The notes under the pieces are model-generated. The model was not told the DNA's origin, made no database searches, and saw only the letters and a list, made by a program, of their open reading frames with translations. Source: a virus. Taken from it: a DNA stretch of 64,000 nucleotides. Location: IMG/VR virus record IMGVR_UViG_3300020442_000006, positions 96,001 to 160,000 of that record, one strand, 5' to 3'. Positions 38,031 to 47,369 of the stretch are shown here, piece after piece (the first letter of the stretch is position 1; each line of letters opens with the position of its first letter). The position numbers and the translations under genes were made by a program.

Positions 38031-38225
38031 CTACCCCTCTACAGGGAATAGTGCCTTCTCAAGTGCCTCAACTAGTTGGTCATCAACAGTGTTGTCAGTT
38101 CTTGAGACTGCTTTCTTTGCTAGAGATACAATAAACTTCTTGATTAGATCGTCTAGATTGTCTGGAATTTTATCAACTGCTGCGTCGATAATTTTAATTG
38201 CGAAAGGTAGAAGAAATTTTGTCAT
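38031..38225 (-). CDS. small hypothetical protein
   Basis: TDNTVDDQLVEAL. Confidence 0.7.
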   Translation of the reverse strand: MTKFLLPFAIKIIDAAVDKIPDNLDDLIKKFIVSLAKKAVSRTDNTVDDQLVEALEKALFPVEG

Positions 38226-38261
38226 AATTAATAAACAGAAACCTACTCTATATAGGTGCTG

Positions 38262-38669
38262 TTATGATCCTAAACCACGTCCTTTGTCGTAGTTATCTTT
38301 ACCACCGTAACGTGCCATAGTGTTCACGTAATCTTTAGTAGTTTTGAAACCACGTTTCTTAGCATCTGCAGCAGTGGTATCTTTTTGACTCTTGCGCCTG
38401 TCTGCCATTGACTTGTACTTGCCAGTACCTACATCTGACTTAGCACCTTTCTTCTTCTTGATCTGACCAACCTCTTTGCCACCCTGCATATTGCGTACCA
38501 TCCGCTTGACGCTTGCAATAGCAGAGTTCTTACCTGCACCACCTTTTTGAGTAGGTGTGCCTGCGGCAGGAGTATTGATACCAGTACGACCAGAAACTCT
38601 GCCAGTGGACTTACCAGTTTCTTTCTCGTACCGATTCAATTCGTTAAGGTATTCTCCGAAAGATTTCAT
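38262..38669 (-). CDS. probable internal head protein
   Basis: N-terminus MKSFGEYLNE resembles the T4 capsid-targeting sequence; very basic body. Confidence 0.65.
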   Translation of the reverse strand: MKSFGEYLNELNRYEKETGKSTGRVSGRTGINTPAAGTPTQKGGAGKNSAIASVKRMVRNMQGGKEVGQIKKKKGAKSDVGTGKYKSMADRRKSQKDTTAADAKKRGFKTTKDYVNTMARYGGKDNYDKGRGLGS

Positions 38670-39130
38670 TAGTGATTGTGCGATTCAACAATAACCATTT
38701 CGAGTTCACTAGCAGGGACTTGACTGTACATTTGCTCTGCCTCATCTACGATGTCGTAGTGAGTGACCTCGTGAGTATGTCCATACTCATCAGGTTCTGC
38801 CATCTCTACCAAAGTATGTGCCTCTGGAATTGTATAGCACAAACCATACTCAGCGTGCTCAACATACTTAGCACACAGATGGGTTTTCTTTCCCATCGCT
38901 TTGGCAACAGTCTTTCTACGATTGATCAGATACTTATCTGACTTATCGTGGTCTCCGTCGTTGTCAATATCCTTGTCTTCTTTACCGACAGGATCAAGTC
39001 TTGATTTTTTAGATGCTTCTTTGAGGTCAGATAGTTCTGCCTGAAGAAGTGCGCGGATGGATTCCTTCATTAGATCTTCCTTTTTAGGGTTAATAATAAC
39101 TTTTGTTTTTTTGCCCATACTATTTACCAA
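38669..39130 (-). CDS. probable prohead core/internal protein
   Basis: LDPVGKEDKDIDNDGDHDKSDKYLINRRK module; His-rich C-terminal domain. Confidence 0.6.
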   Translation of the reverse strand: MVNSMGKKTKVIINPKKEDLMKESIRALLQAELSDLKEASKKSRLDPVGKEDKDIDNDGDHDKSDKYLINRRKTVAKAMGKKTHLCAKYVEHAEYGLCYTIPEAHTLVEMAEPDEYGHTHEVTHYDIVDEAEQMYSQVPASELEMVIVESHNH

Positions 39131-41225
39131 AGTTCGGGAAGTTCTTCTTGAATAGTTCAGATGCTTCCTTGTGCTTTCCTTTGTTAGTGAGGTCCTTAGT
39201 TTGTTTTAGAACTTCACGCTTCTTCAACTGCTCTGGCGTTGGTTGTTCAGCAATGTACTTGCTGTATGCAAGACGCTCTCTCCAAGAATCAGCATCAGGG
39301 TTACGTGCCTGTGCGATGTCGTGTTCGAAAGTTTCTTGTGCTAGTGCAAGGCGTCTTACCTTGTCCACTCTTGATTCTGTCATAGTCTCTTCTCCGAGTT
39401 TTCTTGCTAATTTATCAGACCCTTTAGAGATTGCTCTTGAGGTTTTACCAATAACTTTTTTACCAAGATTACCCGCTGCTTGACCAGTCTTCTTAACAGC
39501 ACCGCCGACAGCACTACCTGTCTTCTTAACAGCACTACCTGCAGCACTAGCAGTTTTACCAACTACCTTAGCACCTGCCTTAGCAGTGCCTACTGCTGCT
39601 TTACCACCTGCCTTAGCGACAGAACCTGCTGCTTGTGCAGTTTTACCAACCGCTTTGCCTGCAAGTTTAGCACCACCAACTGCAGTTTTACCTGCAACTT
39701 TAGCGGTACCTACTGCTGCTTTACCTGCAACTTTAGCAGTACCTACTGCTGCCTTACCTGCAAGTTTTGCTCCACCGACTGCCACTTTACCTGCTGCCTT
39801 AGCACCTGCTCCGACTGCCTTTCTAAGTCCTCTGCCGACTGCACCTGCAGCACGACTGAGAAGACCTGGACCTGCCTTCTTCTTAGGAGCGGATGAACCA
39901 CCACCTGACTGAGGTTGTGGTCTGGAGTCTCCACCTGTGGATACTGGTCTGTTGTTTGAGGAAGAGGATCCACCACCACCTGATGATGAACCACCTGATG
40001 AACCTGATGAACCACCAAGTCCACGCTGTCTGCCTTGAGAGAATTCTCTCTTAGCAGCAGAACCTGCACGTTGTGCAAGACCTGATGCATAACCTGCACC
40101 ACGAACTGCACCTTTTGCACCTGCTTTGGCACCTGCCTTAGCAGCACGTCCTGCCATCCCAAGTCCTTTCTTAACGATAGAACCTGCTTTAGATGCAGCG
40201 CCTTTCAATCTCTCTGCTCTCTTACCTCTATTGATGCGTGCGGCAGCATCCTTAGATGATTTGACTGCAGAGTCGTAATACTTATCTGATTCAACAAGTA
40301 GTTCGAATCCATCCAAGATGTCAAGTGCTTCAGATAGATACTGTTCTGATTCGAAATCTAGAAGCGCCTCTACAACAACATCTTGTAGATCCTGATCTGT
40401 AAGGATGTCAAACTCTTCACCGAGTTCGTCTACAACATCCCATACCCATTCCTCGTTAGCGGGTACACAGTTAGGAACGTCCTTACCGTTCTTTTTCTTG
40501 GTACCTTTAGCAACGTAACCGTCCCAACACTTGTCAGCGCCGACGTTCTTACGTGCTTGTTTAAGTCCTTCTTCAACCTGAGTCTTAGGAGTCGAACCTT
40601 TTGCTTTGATTGATCTTTGATTCTCGCATTGAGGATCAACGGTTGACTGCTTTTCCTTAGGTGTATCAATCTTAGGAGATGCAGCACTTGGTTTGTTGTT
40701 CAGTGTTGCTGCATTAGAAGTTTCCTCCTTGATCTTTGCACGCTTTGCCTTTGTCTTGGCAAGGATTCTATCGCGTGCTTCAGATGCTGCCTTGTTAGGA
40801 CCATCATATGCCATCGCACCTTTCTGCATTCTTGGTGCTCTGATCTTATCTACACCATCACCTTTGTAGATACCATAGGCACTACCTTCGGTGACATCAT
40901 CTTCGACATCGTGCTCAATAACTTTACCGTTCTCATCCTTCTCGTGATGCTCAACGTTGAGTGTCTTAGGATAATCCTTATCACCTTTCTTTGCAGGTGC
41001 TTCTCCACGCTTTCTCTTAGCGTGAATGTTATCCCATAAACCTTTCTTACCTTCGATGATAACTTCAGCGATTGCCTTCTCTGTTGGAGTGACAAGACGC
41101 TCCTCAAGATAAGCATAGCGTGCTTCACCAGTGAAGTTATGCTCTGCGTATTCAATAACGTAGGTAACTGATTGTACGTCCGAAGGTGAATACTTCAGAA
41201 GTTTCGAAGTAATTTCTAAATCCAT
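39120..41225 (-). CDS. modular internal-head-like protein with 11-mer Ala/Gly/Lys repeats
   Basis: 701 aa; GKKGLWDNIHAKRKR and CWDGY...VPNCVP modules; repeat region. Confidence 0.6.
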   Translation of the reverse strand: MDLEITSKLLKYSPSDVQSVTYVIEYAEHNFTGEARYAYLEERLVTPTEKAIAEVIIEGKKGLWDNIHAKRKRGEAPAKKGDKDYPKTLNVEHHEKDENGKVIEHDVEDDVTEGSAYGIYKGDGVDKIRAPRMQKGAMAYDGPNKAASEARDRILAKTKAKRAKIKEETSNAATLNNKPSAASPKIDTPKEKQSTVDPQCENQRSIKAKGSTPKTQVEEGLKQARKNVGADKCWDGYVAKGTKKKNGKDVPNCVPANEEWVWDVVDELGEEFDILTDQDLQDVVVEALLDFESEQYLSEALDILDGFELLVESDKYYDSAVKSSKDAAARINRGKRAERLKGAASKAGSIVKKGLGMAGRAAKAGAKAGAKGAVRGAGYASGLAQRAGSAAKREFSQGRQRGLGGSSGSSGGSSSGGGGSSSSNNRPVSTGGDSRPQPQSGGGSSAPKKKAGPGLLSRAAGAVGRGLRKAVGAGAKAAGKVAVGGAKLAGKAAVGTAKVAGKAAVGTAKVAGKTAVGGAKLAGKAVGKTAQAAGSVAKAGGKAAVGTAKAGAKVVGKTASAAGSAVKKTGSAVGGAVKKTGQAAGNLGKKVIGKTSRAISKGSDKLARKLGEETMTESRVDKVRRLALAQETFEHDIAQARNPDADSWRERLAYSKYIAEQPTPEQLKKREVLKQTKDLTNKGKHKEASELFKKNFPNFGK
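39575..39800 (-). repeat. imperfect 33-nt tandem repeat encoding GKAAVGTAKVA-type 11-mers
   Basis: Repeated ctttacctgcaactttagc(a/g)gtacctactgctg units. Confidence 0.8.
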
Positions 41226-41246
41226 CTGTCGAAAATTTGCGTAATA

Positions 41247-42404
41247 CTATTTAGTTGACCCTGTTTTTCTGAAGTCACTGAATTTTTTGACCAACTGTCC
41301 AGGTGTCATCGCTTGGACTGCGTGTCTATATGTATCAGTGCCGACCTTCCAGGTGTTTCCACTGCCATCGTCTGCTGACTTATGCAGTTCTTTTACTTCC
41401 ATAATAGAAGTTAACCAGACATTGAATTTCCAATTCTCTGGTGTCTCAAAGATTACATAATTAGTTCCTCTTCTGATGACCGTACCTCTTACACCTGTGT
41501 CTAGGTGTTCGACAATACAACCAAGTGGGAATACTCTATCTTCGAAGAACGCTTCACGAAGATTCTCTGAATCAAGTTTAGGAGCGATGTCCCAAAGTTC
41601 AGCAACCTCTTCCTGTTCCTGTTCAACGATACCCATACCTGCACGAACTTCCATCATTAGTTGTTCAGCAAGTTTGATGTCACCACCAGGGACACCTTGG
41701 GCAAAACCTTCTAAGTCACCCGCCGCTGCCATTGCTCGCAACTTGGATGCACTCATACCTTCTACACCTTCAGCATCAGGATCTCTTTCTCCTGCACTGA
41801 TCACATTGAGTTCTTCAAATTCATATGCCTGACCGTTATACTTCTCAAGTAATGACTTGAATTCTGATACACGATCAGAACCAACAACCATAGTTACACC
41901 TGAGTAACCCTCTTGGTTGAGGTTGGAAAGTACATTGAAGATGTTAGACATATCACCATCGTTGACGATAGCGTCAGCGTGATTAGGGAACATCTTTTGC
42001 ATAAAATCAATCTTAACATCAGGTTCTAGTGGGTTCTTTTTAGGATCCACAGTACGTGATGGATAGATTCTATAGTTATCAGCACCCTGTTCAGATACAG
42101 TGTTCAGTAGTTTCTCGTGACCAACAGTAGGAGGATTAAAACGTCCAAAGGTTAGAGCGATAGTACCCAGACCTTCACCACTATTAATATGCTCGTCTTC
42201 TGCTGCTCCTTGATTGGAGTTCATCTGTGCTTGTTCTGCCTCTTTACCATCGACAGGCACCAGACGATTACCTCCTTCAGACTTAGCAACGATGTTACCC
42301 TGCCTATCAGCATAGTAACCGTGACCTGCGTGTTGGAGACCTCTCTTAGCAGCAACCTCACCTGCAGCGGTGCGTGCTTCAGTTATAAACTGACTGAACT
42401 TCAT
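41247..42404 (-). CDS. cytidyltransferase-like (HIGH-motif) nucleotidyltransferase
   Basis: TFGRFNPPTVGHEK, VVGSDRV, SAGERD, MSASKLR; N-terminal MKFSQFITE. Confidence 0.88.
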   Translation of the reverse strand: MKFSQFITEARTAAGEVAAKRGLQHAGHGYYADRQGNIVAKSEGGNRLVPVDGKEAEQAQMNSNQGAAEDEHINSGEGLGTIALTFGRFNPPTVGHEKLLNTVSEQGADNYRIYPSRTVDPKKNPLEPDVKIDFMQKMFPNHADAIVNDGDMSNIFNVLSNLNQEGYSGVTMVVGSDRVSEFKSLLEKYNGQAYEFEELNVISAGERDPDAEGVEGMSASKLRAMAAAGDLEGFAQGVPGGDIKLAEQLMMEVRAGMGIVEQEQEEVAELWDIAPKLDSENLREAFFEDRVFPLGCIVEHLDTGVRGTVIRRGTNYVIFETPENWKFNVWLTSIMEVKELHKSADDGSGNTWKVGTDTYRHAVQAMTPGQLVKKFSDFRKTGSTK

Positions 42405-42434
42405 TGATATACTGGTGTTTTCCATATCTATTTA

Positions 42435-43628
42435 TCACCCCCAATTTTTTTCTACTGTGAAGTTCGCTCTAGAGAACTCCAAACGATCCACAAGTTTGAG
42501 GGCAGAACCTGATTTGATCGCTACAAAACCCTCTGGTGCAGTAACTCTGTAACCATTGGGTGTCTTAATATATGTACCGATGTCTTGAACCTTTCCTAGT
42601 TGTCTGACAACTACAGTCTTAGCAGCGATCAAATTCATATAGGATGCGACAGTCATATAGACAGCACGTGAATTTGACTTCAAGAACTTCAAACCATTTG
42701 CTTTGATGGTCTGATATTTTTTCTTGGTTGCTTCTTGTTTCTTAGACTGGATCTCTTTGTCTAGTGCTGCTGAATAGAATGCAGCAAATCCTGCTGCAAC
42801 TCTCTGTGCATTGACAATAGGTTTACCAGTACGAATGAATGAGTTGAAATAAACTTTGAACATAGCAGAGAGCATAAACTTACCCTCTCCTTGATCCTGT
42901 AGGATGTCCAAGAATCTAGATGCTTGCTTAAGAGAACCTTCAGCACGGTTGACTAGCAGATCATACTTACCTCTCTCTGCAGCATTAAACCTAGATGCAT
43001 CTGTAGCATCTGTAAAGTCTGAACTAAACACTGCAACGTTGGGTGTTGCCTGCATTCTTTTTACATCAACACCAAACCCAGGTTTCATATCTCTGAGTGT
43101 AGGACCACCAGTATATGTGGTATGAAATACAATACCAAGTTGACTGGTTGCTACCTTCTTACCCATAGGTGTGTTGGTAGGTACAGCATATGTGATGGTG
43201 TTTGGCATAAAAGTATGACACTTCTGACCATTCATCTTCTTTGTTGTCACATCACCTTTGGTGAACAACAAATCACCCTGCAGTACACCATTCATAGGTA
43301 CCTGAGGAAGGAGACGCAAGCACATCTTTAGTTTCTTTGCCAGTTCTCCACTATAGAATCTATCTACATCTTCATCATTCATACAAAGTTTTGGCATCTT
43401 AGCAAAGACACCCTTAGTACCAACAAAAAACCTACCAGTTGAGGGATGCTTGCCACAAATAACAGCAGGAGCACCGTCCCATTTGGTAGTAACACCGACA
43501 CCTGACACAGGTTCGGTGAGCATCTTGCCAAGTTCCCTTAGGAATGCGATAGCGTTACGTCCTCCGTTCGAACCTTGGTTTAGGATGTCATCTTCAAGGT
43601 GTTCGAGGTGGGTATTTTGCTTTGCCAT
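42435..43628 (-). CDS. conserved protein with ligase-like KxDG motif (DUF6267-like)
   Basis: NTHLEHLED, TTKWDGAPA, VGTKGVF, LQGDLLF, PEGFVA, LKLVDRLEFS. Confidence 0.7.
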   Translation of the reverse strand: MAKQNTHLEHLEDDILNQGSNGGRNAIAFLRELGKMLTEPVSGVGVTTKWDGAPAVICGKHPSTGRFFVGTKGVFAKMPKLCMNDEDVDRFYSGELAKKLKMCLRLLPQVPMNGVLQGDLLFTKGDVTTKKMNGQKCHTFMPNTITYAVPTNTPMGKKVATSQLGIVFHTTYTGGPTLRDMKPGFGVDVKRMQATPNVAVFSSDFTDATDASRFNAAERGKYDLLVNRAEGSLKQASRFLDILQDQGEGKFMLSAMFKVYFNSFIRTGKPIVNAQRVAAGFAAFYSAALDKEIQSKKQEATKKKYQTIKANGLKFLKSNSRAVYMTVASYMNLIAAKTVVVRQLGKVQDIGTYIKTPNGYRVTAPEGFVAIKSGSALKLVDRLEFSRANFTVEKNWG

Positions 43629-43635
43629 ACCTTTA

Positions 43636-44469
43636 TTATACCTCGTATCGGACCACAATGGCATTTTGACGGACACCTGTAATTTTGTCCTTACCCCTGC
43701 CCTTCAATGCCATCCTGACACCTGCCTGTTTCATCACACCTCTGACTACTTTCTCATCAATTTCTTTCACACCATCCTCAGTGAGGATATGAGACGCTGC
43801 TCTGTCATCATTGTTGAATAACATAGCACCTGTCATACACTCGTGTGTAAGATTATACTTGAAGCAATCATATGCAGCAGCACCATCAGGTTTTGATTTC
43901 GAACCTAGCACTTCTTGCAACTGTTCATTCAATCCACCTGCCTTCTTTATATCTGAAAGGATTCTTTTTGCTGTTGGTTGATCAACAGTTCCCTTTGCGT
44001 TCTCACATTTATTACCAATCTGCTCAAGGATCAACTGTAAGTAACCAAGTGTCTGTGCGTTAGTAGATCCACCACCACAATCCTTAGCAGTCTTTGCTAA
44101 TACTTTTTGGAATACTGCTACAGACTTATCAATGCCTGCAGATGTCAACTGATATGACTTGCCCCATTTCATAGAGCATTTGTATGTCACACCACCTGAC
44201 TTAAACATAATGTCTGTCTTTGGTTCTTCTCCACCACCAGACATCTTTTGGAATGACTTATAATATTTCTGCCTTGCTTCTATATTATTACCAGTAGGTG
44301 CCATAGACTCAACAATTCTATCTGCAGCAGACTTTATATCATTTGGGATAGCACCAATACGTCCTGATGCATCCTCAAAATCTTTCTGGTTTTGCGAACT
44401 CTTATTAATAATACGACTCGTTGCCGAGTACATCACAGCGTGTTCAAATTGCAATCCTTTGTTTGCCAT
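43636..44469 (-). CDS. putative PD-(D/E)xK endonuclease
   Basis: GLQFEHAV, EPKTDI...CSMK pattern. Confidence 0.5.
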   Translation of the reverse strand: MANKGLQFEHAVMYSATSRIINKSSQNQKDFEDASGRIGAIPNDIKSAADRIVESMAPTGNNIEARQKYYKSFQKMSGGGEEPKTDIMFKSGGVTYKCSMKWGKSYQLTSAGIDKSVAVFQKVLAKTAKDCGGGSTNAQTLGYLQLILEQIGNKCENAKGTVDQPTAKRILSDIKKAGGLNEQLQEVLGSKSKPDGAAAYDCFKYNLTHECMTGAMLFNNDDRAASHILTEDGVKEIDEKVVRGVMKQAGVRMALKGRGKDKITGVRQNAIVVRYEV

Positions 44470-44490
44470 TGCACTAAACTTTTTAAGTAT

Positions 44491-45021
44491 TTATGAAACC
44501 CAATCTGGTTTACGTTCTGGCAAACGGAGATAGTTATCTTTGACCCAAGGTTTTGAAGCGATATACCTTTTATATGCTGTGAATGTATCTATTGACTGGT
44601 CGTGTTTGAATTCATCGTACATTGCTCTGGCAAAGGGTGTAGGATGCTTCCCGCTCCTGCCAGTAGGATCGCCAGTAGGAAATATTTTACGTGCGTGTTC
44701 AAGAGTGAATTGACACGAGTGAACTTTGCCATAGCGAAGAGTGTATTCATTGCAGAGTGCAAGACCGTGAGTGATTAACCATCGCCAGTTGAGCACAAAA
44801 CTGTTTGCCCATACTGTACAGGGATGATTACGAAAGGCACCCTTGTCTGTCTTGTAAGGAGTACCGTCAAGTTTTGGTAGGTCACCGAAACCGTGACCCC
44901 ACTTTTCTGATGCGACAATAGAAAGCATCTGACAGGTTTCAAGTGGCATTTTGACAATGTGCTTGTCAGGTAGACTTCTGGCAGATGCTATTGGATCAGG
45001 ATCAGTAACGAAGATATTCAT
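44491..45021 (-). CDS. denV: pyrimidine dimer DNA glycosylase (DenV/endonuclease V family)
   Basis: MNIFVTD...DKHIVKMPLETCQMLS...NHPCTVW...EYTLRYGKVH. Confidence 0.85.
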   Translation of the reverse strand: MNIFVTDPDPIASARSLPDKHIVKMPLETCQMLSIVASEKWGHGFGDLPKLDGTPYKTDKGAFRNHPCTVWANSFVLNWRWLITHGLALCNEYTLRYGKVHSCQFTLEHARKIFPTGDPTGRSGKHPTPFARAMYDEFKHDQSIDTFTAYKRYIASKPWVKDNYLRLPERKPDWVS

Positions 45022-45042
45022 AAACCTGATTATGTAATGGTG

Positions 45043-45213
45043 TGTGGGAGGTAGGAATACATTATACCTACAAGTTATGGGAATCGCTAGTGCGAAAATT
45101 AGTACATAACAACAACAGTCATCCTGGTAAGGACTTCTCCGAAGAGCGGGCACCACCCCTGACCGTTTACATTACCCCGCCTAATTCCAACAGGGTTATT
45201 CAGTCACTCCCGT
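45043..45213 (-). ncRNA. manA-like structured RNA
   Basis: ~170-nt GC-richer noncoding stretch GGGAGTGACTGAATAA...GGTGGTGC...ATTCCC..GTAGG..CCTACCTCCCAC behind a TTGACA/TATATT promoter; resemblance from memory. Confidence 0.55.
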
Positions 45214-45250
45214 GTCGGTTGATCGGTCCGACTCCTATAATATAACCGAC

Positions 45251-45424
45251 TTACTTTCTTTTGTCAACCCCGAATCTCTTATCCATTTTTAGTTTGAGAT
45301 AATACATCCCAAGAATCCATAGAGAGAAAAGAAATCCCTCTCCATATGACATAGAGTTCCAAGCACTGACTGCTCCACCGAGCATAGCAAGTGTTGTCTT
45401 TGCTGCAAGCATTTCTGCACCCAT
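45251..45424 (-). CDS. small membrane protein (57 aa)
   Basis: Manual ORF ...AWNSMSYGEGFLFSLWILGMYYLKLKMD. Confidence 0.6.
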   Translation of the reverse strand: MGAEMLAAKTTLAMLGGAVSAWNSMSYGEGFLFSLWILGMYYLKLKMDKRFGVDKRK

Positions 45425-45990
45425 TATCTGTCCCCCTTCTTACGGTTTTCAGACCTGACGACAGTGAACTGACCCTCAGGATAACGTGTGGTCAGTTTAA
45501 CTGTGTTACGGAAGACAACTTCATCGATACCTACACCAAGTGCCATACACGCTTGGGCGACATACCACATAACATCACCAAGTTCAATGATGAGATGCTC
45601 TTTGTTGTCATCATTCCAGGGTTTGCCTTGGAACTTAAGTTTCTTGACAATCTCCATAAACTCACCACCCTCAGCAACAAGACCAGAGGCAGCAGTGTCA
45701 AGACGTTCGATGTCACACCCTTCTCCCTTGAGAGTTTCATAGCGTTCCATCAGTGTGTCAAAATCTTTTGACTCTTTGCTAGTAGTTTGATTTACAAACT
45801 TCAGATAGTTAGCAAGATCGACTGTGAATGGTTCTTTCTTCTTGGCATTCTTGTTACGCTTTTCGTAAACTTCTTTGCCTTTGAATCCCTGCGGTCCCTT
45901 AAATTCTTTAGGGATGCGATCAGCAGGGTTGTCCATAGATTCGGGTTCTGTGTTCACAGATTCCCGAAACTCTGCTTTGTCCTCAGTCAT
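45424..45990 (-). CDS. mazG: MazG-like nucleotide pyrophosphohydrolase
   Basis: GLVAEGGEFMEIVKK, ELGDVMWY, KLTTRYP. Confidence 0.93.
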   Translation of the reverse strand: MTEDKAEFRESVNTEPESMDNPADRIPKEFKGPQGFKGKEVYEKRNKNAKKKEPFTVDLANYLKFVNQTTSKESKDFDTLMERYETLKGEGCDIERLDTAASGLVAEGGEFMEIVKKLKFQGKPWNDDNKEHLIIELGDVMWYVAQACMALGVGIDEVVFRNTVKLTTRYPEGQFTVVRSENRKKGDR

Positions 45991-45992
45991 AA

Positions 45993-47369
45993 TTAAATTT
46001 TGAAATCGTTAAAGTTTTGTTTAGAGAAGGTTAGGATGTCAGATGCATCAATCGTTTCCTCTTGTCCAGAGTCCACGATCTTCTTTTGTTCTTCACAATC
46101 ATACAGACGCATCTTCGCTCTGTCAATACCCACAACAAATCGTTTGTTTACTGTGGGATCATTGTATCTATTCTTGAGTTGCTTCACCATAATTTGATTC
46201 AACTCTTCCATCTCCTCAGTAGAGATCAGAGCAACCATAAAGTCTGCAGTAGCAGGAAGTCCAAATGACTCCGAAGTATCTGTCAGGTCAACATCACTGT
46301 TGCCATAACCACTACGAGTAGTTTGAGTAGCGGATACGATAGGAACATTATGTTCACCTGCAAGTCCACGTAATTCTTCAGCAATGGATTTAACAAATGT
46401 GTATGAGTTAACTATAGCACCTTTGTATCGTGATGAACTACAAATGTTAAGGTAGTCAACATAAATGATGTCTGGTACAAATGCTTTCTTGATAGAAAGT
46501 TCTTGCAACAATGCCTTGAAGTGTCCTACGTGTGCTGATGCAGTAGGATATTCCTTAATCAAGAGACGACCCTGTGTTTTGTTTTGAACCTTTTCGATCT
46601 TAGAATCGAACATTGGTTTAGGTAGTGTCTCTAGTTTCTGAACTGGAATGTTCATCAAGTTAGCATCAATACGCTCAGCAATCTTTTCTTCTGCCATTTC
46701 CAACGTGATGTATAGCACGTTATATCCTGCAGCAAGATTAGCAGCAGCACAGTGACACATAAACAAACTCTTACCAACACCTGTACCTGCAAGTGCTACG
46801 TTCAATGTCTTCTTAGATAGACCACCCTTGGTAACTTTGTTGAGTAATTCAATATCAAACGGAACCTTTTCTTCTACCCTGTGATAGAACTGGTAACGTT
46901 GATCAGCATCATCAAGATAGTCGTGACCAACAGAATTATCGAAACTAACAGATAAAGCATTGGAGAGAATAGAAGGGATAGCATCACGTCCCATTGTCTC
47001 AGACTTACCATCAGCAATCTGGATAGACTCTAGGAGTGCATTGTAGATAGCACGATCACGACACCACTTTTCTGAGGTGTGTACCAACCAGTCGATTTCG
47101 TGTGGTTCTTCAGTGGCAAAATCAAGTGTTTGTTTTACGTCAGTGAATGTAGTTTCATTTAGATCATCACGTGACTCAATCTCAATACGCAATGCTTCCT
47201 TTGTAGGGAGACTATCGTACTGAGTAAAATAAGAAGACAGTTCCTCAAAGATTACCTTGTTATTGTAGTTCTCAAAGTAATCTGTTTTGATGTGAGGAAG
47301 AGTCTTCCTAGTGAAGTCTGTATTGTGCAACAGAGATGCAACAACCAGATCCTCTACAGAATTAGACAT
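45993..47369 (-). CDS. gp41: replicative DNA helicase gp41
   Basis: AGTGVGKS, LEMAEE, KEYPT, VDYLN, SATQTTR, ESFGLPATAD; start at MSNSVE. Confidence 0.97.
   Translation of the reverse strand: MSNSVEDLVVASLLHNTDFTRKTLPHIKTDYFENYNNKVIFEELSSYFTQYDSLPTKEALRIEIESRDDLNETTFTDVKQTLDFATEEPHEIDWLVHTSEKWCRDRAIYNALLESIQIADGKSETMGRDAIPSILSNALSVSFDNSVGHDYLDDADQRYQFYHRVEEKVPFDIELLNKVTKGGLSKKTLNVALAGTGVGKSLFMCHCAAANLAAGYNVLYITLEMAEEKIAERIDANLMNIPVQKLETLPKPMFDSKIEKVQNKTQGRLLIKEYPTASAHVGHFKALLQELSIKKAFVPDIIYVDYLNICSSSRYKGAIVNSYTFVKSIAEELRGLAGEHNVPIVSATQTTRSGYGNSDVDLTDTSESFGLPATADFMVALISTEEMEELNQIMVKQLKNRYNDPTVNKRFVVGIDRAKMRLYDCEEQKKIVDSGQEETIDASDILTFSKQNFNDFKI

Noticed and set aside
39480-40162. Cys-rich and other overlapping ORFs across the 11-mer repeat
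   Set aside because: Frame artefacts of the 33-nt repeat
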